Positions 59,095 through 64,000 of a DNA stretch of 64,000 nt are shown in pieces. The notes beneath the pieces were generated by a model. It saw nothing but the letters and a program-made list of their open reading frames with translations. It searched no databases and was not told where the DNA came from. This DNA comes from an uncultured Veillonellaceae bacterium (lineage in GTDB: Bacteria > Bacillota > Negativicutes > JARBTT01), in contig CAWDTA010000001.1 in the NCBI GenBank assembly GCA_963805085.1, forward strand, positions 96,001 through 160,000, given 5' to 3'. The translations under genes and the position numbers were made by a program. Each line of letters opens with the position of its first letter. The first letter of the stretch is position 1.

Positions 59095-60330
59095 TTATAG
59101 ACTTAATTTTGTTTTAATGCGCTCAATTGCTTTTTCAGTGCTTTCTCTATCACCAAAGGAAGTTAACCGGAAGTAACCTTCGCCAGATGGACCAAAACCT
59201 GCACCAGGTGTACCAACGATATGTACTTCATTTAATAATTTATCAAAGAAGCTCCAAGAGTCTAAGCCTTGCGGAGTTTTAAGCCAGATATAAGGTGCAT
59301 TTACACCGCCAAAGGCCTGTATTCCAGCGGAAATTAAACCTTCACGAATGATTTTTGCATTTGTCATATAATACTCAATCGTTGCTTTGATTTGAGCTTG
59401 TCCTTCAGGGGAATAAATTGCTTCAGCTCCACGTTGTACAATATATGGTGTACCGTTGAACTTTGTAGTATGACGACGATTCCATAATTTATTTAAAGAA
59501 TGCTCTTCGCCATTGGAGTCTTTCGCCATTACTGTTTTAGGAACAACGGTATAAGCGCAACGTGTTCCAGTGAAACCAGCCGTTTTAGAAAAAGATCTAA
59601 ATTCAATCGCTACATCTTTTGCACCTTCGATTTCATAAATAGAATGAGGTACATCTTTTTCAGTTATGTATGCTGCATAAGCGGCATCAAAAAGGATTAC
59701 ACAGCTGTTTGCTTTCGCATAGTCTACCCATTTTTTTAATTCTTCTTTGGAAAGCGTAGTACCAGTTGGATTATTTGGGCAACAAAGATAAATCATATCT
59801 ACTTTGCTAGTTGGAAGCGCTGGTGTAAAGTTGTTTTCTGCATTGCAAGGTAAGTAAACAACTTTTTCAAACATACCATTGTCTTGTAATGTTCCTGTGC
59901 GCCCAGCCATAACGTTTGTATCTAAATAAACTGGGTATACTGGATCAGTGATTGCAACAATGTTATTGGTGCCGAAAATTTCCTGAATGTTACCAACATC
60001 GCTTTTTGAACCGTCACTTACAAAAATTTCGTCTGTAGAAATTTTTATATTGCGACTTGTATAGTTTGTTTCAACAATTTTTTCAAGTAGGAAATTATAA
60101 CCTTGTTCAGGACCGTATCCACGGAACGTGGATTGACTTGCTAATTCATCAACTGCATCATGCATTGCTTTAATAGAAGCAGGTGCAAGTGGTTGCGTTA
60201 CATCACCAATCCCTAAACGAATAATATCCGCATTAGGGTTAGCATCTTTAAAGCTAGCTACACGACGTGCAATTTCAGCAAATAAGTAGCTACCAGGTAA
60301 TTTTAAGTAATTCTCATTAATTAAAGCCAT
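59095..60330 (-). CDS. dapL: LL-diaminopimelate aminotransferase
   Basis: [41 protein letters not shown]. Confidence 0.95.
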   Translation of the reverse strand: MALINENYLKLPGSYLFAEIARRVASFKDANPNADIIRLGIGDVTQPLAPASIKAMHDAVDELASQSTFRGYGPEQGYNFLLEKIVETNYTSRNIKISTDEIFVSDGSKSDVGNIQEIFGTNNIVAITDPVYPVYLDTNVMAGRTGTLQDNGMFEKVVYLPCNAENNFTPALPTSKVDMIYLCCPNNPTGTTLSKEELKKWVDYAKANSCVILFDAAYAAYITEKDVPHSIYEIEGAKDVAIEFRSFSKTAGFTGTRCAYTVVPKTVMAKDSNGEEHSLNKLWNRRHTTKFNGTPYIVQRGAEAIYSPEGQAQIKATIEYYMTNAKIIREGLISAGIQAFGGVNAPYIWLKTPQGLDSWSFFDKLLNEVHIVGTPGAGFGPSGEGYFRLTSFGDRESTEKAIERIKTKLSL

Positions 60331-60662
60331 ATATTTAGAAATCCTCCTGTTATTGTTTTTATTATTTGTTTATACAAAAAAGTATCAACTAATAAATAAT
60401 TATACAATAAAGACGTGCTTTTTGGTAGTTTATAAAAGAAATTTGTCGGTTTTTAAAAAGAAATTAGGAAAATTTTACGATAATTCTTGATTATACATCG
60501 GACTTATAATATAATAACCATTGTGAGGGTAATTATACATAATATTTAAACTGTTCTGATAATTTCTATGCATTGTTAAATAGCTTTTATCTATGAAACG
60601 GTTTAAATAAAAGGCATTATGTAAAATAGTTTCACAAGCAATTATATTAAGGGGTGTATTTT

Positions 60663-62003
60663 ATGGACATTATTTTAGGCTTCGTCGTATTATTAGCGTG
60701 TCTAATAGTCGGTGTTAGACATGGCGGCTTGGGGTTAGCTGCTGTTTCTGGTATTGGTCTAGTTATTTTCACATTCATTTTTCATTTAAAACCGGGTACT
60801 CCACCAGTTGATGTAATGTTAACAATTATGGCGGTTGTTACTTGTTCGGGCTTTTTACAAGCTTCTAATGGTTTAACGGTTATGCTAAAATACGCAGAAA
60901 AATTCTTGCGTAGTAATCCAAAATACGTAACTGTTTTAGCTCCTATAACAACTTGGTTTTTAACAGTATTATGTGGTACTGGTCATGTTGTATATACAAT
61001 GTTCCCAATTATCTATGATATTGCAATCAAAGAAGGGGTGCGTCCAGAACGTCCAATGGCAGCAGCTTCTGTTGCGTCACAAATGGGTATCTGTGCTTCA
61101 CCGGCATCGGTTGCAGTCGTTTCCGTAGTGGCAATGCTTGCTACAGCTGGTTCACATTTTAGTGTAGTTCAAATCTTATCTGTATCAATTCCAGCAACGT
61201 TCGCTGGTGTTGTTGCTACTGGACTTTGGAGTATTACTCGTGGTAAAGACTTAGATAAAGATGCTGAATTTCAAGCAAGAATTGCTGATCCAGAACAAAA
61301 AGCATATATTTATGGTGATTCTGAGAGCCTCGTTGGTAAAGAATTACCTAAAACGGCATATTGGGCAACAGCTATTTTCTTAGTTGGTATTATTATTATT
61401 GCTTTATTTGGTAGTTTCCCAGCATTGCTTCCTCATTTTGCTGATGCAAAAGGTAAATTGCAGCCATTATCTATGACACTTACTATTCAAATGTCCATGC
61501 TTGTTATTGCTGCAGTTATTATGCTTATATGTAAAGTAAAAGCATCTGATGTTAGCAATGGTTCTGTATTTAAAGCTGGTATGGTTGCAGTTGTTTCCGT
61601 TTATGGCGTTGCTTGGATGGCGGAAACTTATTTCGGTGCTTATTTACCATTACTTAAAAAATCTCTTGGTCAAATCGTACTTGATTATCCTTGGTCTTAT
61701 GCGATTGTATTATTCTTGGTATCAAAACTTGTTAATTCGCAAGCTGCTGCGCTTGCGATTGTTGTACCAATGGCGTTGAGCGTTGGTGTTGATCCATTAA
61801 TTATTTTATCGTTTATTTCTGCTTGTTATGGTTATTTCGTATTACCTACTTATCCTTCTGATTTGGCTTGTATCGGTTTTGACCGTTCAGGTACAACAGG
61901 CATTGGAAAATTCATTATCAATCACAGTTTTATTATTCCTGGTTTGATTGGTATTATGGTTGGTTCTTGTGTAGGTTACCTAATCGTTCATACTCTTTAT
62001 TAG
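60663..62003 (+). CDS. anaerobic C4-dicarboxylate transporter (DcuA/DcuB family)
   Basis: GTGH, RPERPM, SQMGICASPASVA, GKDLDKD, LPTYPSD, DRSGTT, NHSF. Confidence 0.93.
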   Translation: MDIILGFVVLLACLIVGVRHGGLGLAAVSGIGLVIFTFIFHLKPGTPPVDVMLTIMAVVTCSGFLQASNGLTVMLKYAEKFLRSNPKYVTVLAPITTWFLTVLCGTGHVVYTMFPIIYDIAIKEGVRPERPMAAASVASQMGICASPASVAVVSVVAMLATAGSHFSVVQILSVSIPATFAGVVATGLWSITRGKDLDKDAEFQARIADPEQKAYIYGDSESLVGKELPKTAYWATAIFLVGIIIIALFGSFPALLPHFADAKGKLQPLSMTLTIQMSMLVIAAVIMLICKVKASDVSNGSVFKAGMVAVVSVYGVAWMAETYFGAYLPLLKKSLGQIVLDYPWSYAIVLFLVSKLVNSQAAALAIVVPMALSVGVDPLIILSFISACYGYFVLPTYPSDLACIGFDRSGTTGIGKFIINHSFIIPGLIGIMVGSCVGYLIVHTLY

Positions 62004-62050
62004 GATTTCATTAGCAATCATGCGAAGATATGCCTATCTTCGTCAATAGA

Positions 62051-62094
62051 AAAATAGTACCAATAGCGCCCAGAGCTATCGGTACTATTTTTTT
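62051..62094 (+). terminator. intrinsic terminator
   Basis: AAAATAGTACCAATAGC / GCTATCGGTACTATTTT followed by Ts. Confidence 0.75.
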
Positions 62095-62216
62095 ATGAGG
62101 AAAGGTTTATTTTTGATCTTGTAGAATATATTGATTTGTCAGCATTATTATAGGATAATTATTTAGTGATATGCACTTAGTTTTATATAAGAATGGTAGA
62201 GGAAAGAGGTCTTTGA

Positions 62217-63728
62217 ATGAATCGAAATGTAATCTACATAGTGCTACTGTGCTTAGTGTTGCTTTGTACAGGGACGGGCTTTGCAAACCCAACGAGTAAA
62301 CCTATTGTTGTCAATGATGGCGACAAAGGGATCATAACGAATCAGATGGCACTCATTGATGAATATGAGACTTTAATTCCGGTAGATGTCGTTAAGGATT
62401 ATATTTACAGTAATGTGCAATTTGATCGTCAACATAAACAAATGAAAGTCAAATTTTCTTTACCACGTGTTAGATTAGCAGAGCCTGATCTTTCAAAAGA
62501 ACTTTTTTCTAGTACAACATTCTTGTTGCCGTATAAAAATATTGATGGTACTAGTTACATTGATATGGAAGTTGCAGGAAAAGTATTTGGCTTTACAACA
62601 ACAAAGGATGCGGAAACAGTAACCATTGCAATCAATCAATATAGCTCTTTTGCACCATTGTTGTTAAAAGCGAGTGCAGATAGGCCAGTGATGACAGGGC
62701 AAAAGATTAATTTGATTTGGCAGCCTACTTTTGATGAGAAAACAGATGTGACAAGAGTCGATAAAATAAAGGGCTTAAATGTTGTATCGCCATCTTGGTT
62801 TGAACTTATTGATGATAATGGTGCCATTAAAAATAAAGTAGATGTAAGATATGTAAGGGCTGCCCATGTAAAGGGATATCAAGTTTGGGCGTTAATTACC
62901 AATAGTTTTGATCCGGATTTAACGAGAAAAGTGTTATATAATGAACAGGCTAAGAAAAATGTGGTCAAACAACTGGCTTTGTATGCACGCCTTTATCAGT
63001 TGGATGGTATTAATTTGGATTTTGAAAATATTTATGATGAAGATAAATATCAATTAACGCAGTTTGTAAAAGAAATTACTGACACTTTACACGGATTGGA
63101 TTTAAAAGTATCCATTGATGTGACTGTTCCCTCTGGTGTTTCGCAATGGTCGGCCTGTTATGATCGGTCAGGGCTCGGGAAAAGTGTCGACTATGTAATG
63201 CTTATGGCATATGATGAACATTGGCGTACAAGTCCAGTCAGTGGCTCTGTGGCTTCAATTGGCTGGGTAGAGCGTAGTTTATTAAATACATTAAAAGATG
63301 TACCGGCGGAAAAGCTGGTATTGGGTGTGCCTTTTTATATGCGTGAGTGGGAAGAAAATTTAGACGGCGAGAAAATTAATGTAAAAACGATGACAATGGA
63401 AATGGCTGAACAGACAATTAAAGATCATCAACTAAAACCAGAATGGCTTGAAGACAAAGGACAATATTACTTCGAATATGTAGATGGTGATAAGAAATAT
63501 CGAGTATGGCAAGAAGAGGAACGCTCAATGTCGCTTAGAGTAAAACTGATTGATCGTTATCAGTTAGCAGGAATTGCTGCTTGGCGAAAAGGCTTTGAAA
63601 AAAATGAAATTTGGCAAGTGATTGATCAAGGTCTAAATGTAAATAAACCTGAGGAAAAAATTGTAACAGTTCAAGAGGGTAAAGACAAAAAGCAGAAAAA
63701 GAATAAAAAAGATAAACGAAAACTCTAA
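62217..63728 (+). CDS. secreted glycoside hydrolase family 18 protein
   Basis: Signal peptide; VVSPSWF, LDGINLDFE, LMAYDEH, LGVPFY, GIAAW; basic C-terminal tail. Confidence 0.87.
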   Translation: MNRNVIYIVLLCLVLLCTGTGFANPTSKPIVVNDGDKGIITNQMALIDEYETLIPVDVVKDYIYSNVQFDRQHKQMKVKFSLPRVRLAEPDLSKELFSSTTFLLPYKNIDGTSYIDMEVAGKVFGFTTTKDAETVTIAINQYSSFAPLLLKASADRPVMTGQKINLIWQPTFDEKTDVTRVDKIKGLNVVSPSWFELIDDNGAIKNKVDVRYVRAAHVKGYQVWALITNSFDPDLTRKVLYNEQAKKNVVKQLALYARLYQLDGINLDFENIYDEDKYQLTQFVKEITDTLHGLDLKVSIDVTVPSGVSQWSACYDRSGLGKSVDYVMLMAYDEHWRTSPVSGSVASIGWVERSLLNTLKDVPAEKLVLGVPFYMREWEENLDGEKINVKTMTMEMAEQTIKDHQLKPEWLEDKGQYYFEYVDGDKKYRVWQEEERSMSLRVKLIDRYQLAGIAAWRKGFEKNEIWQVIDQGLNVNKPEEKIVTVQEGKDKKQKKNKKDKRKL

Positions 63729-63796
63729 TAAATAAGACAATAAAAAACTCTTACGCAAAAAATAGATGCGTAAGAGTTTTTTTATTGTCTTATTTA
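63729..63796. terminator. bidirectional terminator
   Basis: Near-perfect inverted repeat of about 29 bp: TAAATAAGACAATAAAAAACTCTTACGCA / TGCGTAAGAG... Confidence 0.8.
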
Positions 63797-63999
63797 GATA
63801 GGTTTTGTAATGTTAATGTGGCTTTGCAGAAATCAATGAAGGATTGTGCTGCTCTAGAAATATAACGATCTTTTTTCCAAGCGAGCCCGATATCAACAAA
63901 GATAGGTTCTGTTAGTGGCAAAGTTTTAATATTTGGTGTATCGTGTACGATAACATCAAGGAGAAATGCAGCGCCAACATCTGATGCAACCAAGCCTTT
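63790..63999 (-). CDS. LysR-family regulator, C-terminal substrate-binding end (5' partial)
   Basis: KGLVASDVGAAFL..., IGLAWKKDRYISRAAQSFIDF; frame open to the window edge. Confidence 0.75.
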   Translation of the reverse strand, partial: KGLVASDVGAAFLLDVIVHDTPNIKTLPLTEPIFVDIGLAWKKDRYISRAAQSFIDFCKATLTLQNLSK

Positions 64000-64000
64000 G

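Noticed and set aside
60340-60650. Rex/cre operators before dcu and a lysine riboswitch before dapL
   Set aside because: Only half-sites or mis-spaced matches (TTCACAA, TTGTTAA, TGAAACGGTTTA); no L-box structure visible.
711-62827. Numerous short antisense or out-of-frame ORFs in the ORF track (e.g. 711..992, 9340..9726, 29310..29807, 31862..32359, 43094..43633)
   Set aside because: They lie inside well-supported genes, lack recognisable motifs, and are best explained as shadow ORFs.
1-64000. CRISPR array, rRNA/tRNA genes, integrase or intact transposase
   Set aside because: No regularly spaced direct repeats, RNA gene signatures or recombinase motifs were seen on reading both strands.

Overview
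A 64-kb chromosomal window from a low-GC anaerobic Firmicute. Gene content suggests a spore-forming Negativicute (inference from ArnT-type transferases, Dcu, LutBA fusion, sigma54 PTS, SpoVB-like flippase, GH18 and a sigK-like promoter). It is mostly housekeeping and accessory metabolism. In order: MgtE-cytosolic-domain/Nramp-like pair, peroxiredoxin, degenerate FMN glutamate-synthase-like protein, type III PKS with methyltransferase, guaB, orphan LivK-type binding protein, arnT-RR-HK-arnT operon, complete chemosensory cluster (cheY-A-W-W-mcp-R-B) ending in a multi-PAS hybrid kinase and a lone receiver, DedA/YqaA, Cof, clpB, sigma54 mannose-family PTS (IIB-IIC-IID), asnB, thioesterase, an AT-rich islet (XRE remnant, orphan ParB-like protein, M15 peptidase), Leu T-box-leuA, Trp T-box with a duplicated antiterminator ahead of a permuted trp operon (D-F-C-B-A-E-G), an unannotated 39-aa spore-type peptide, prfC, lutC-lutBA, dapL, dcu, GH18 and a partial LysR gene. 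No CRISPR array, rRNA, tRNA or intact mobile element was seen. Best leads: (1) the same TTTCA-N6-TTTCA-N11-(-10) promoter architecture upstream of the arnT/two-component operon and of a DedA gene 16 kb away, suggesting an envelope-modification regulon; (2) a chemosensory-linked kinase with a 5-Cys PAS insert; (3) the orphan degenerate ParB islet; (4) the partially duplicated Trp T-box. All calls come from reading motifs by eye; no database searches were run.
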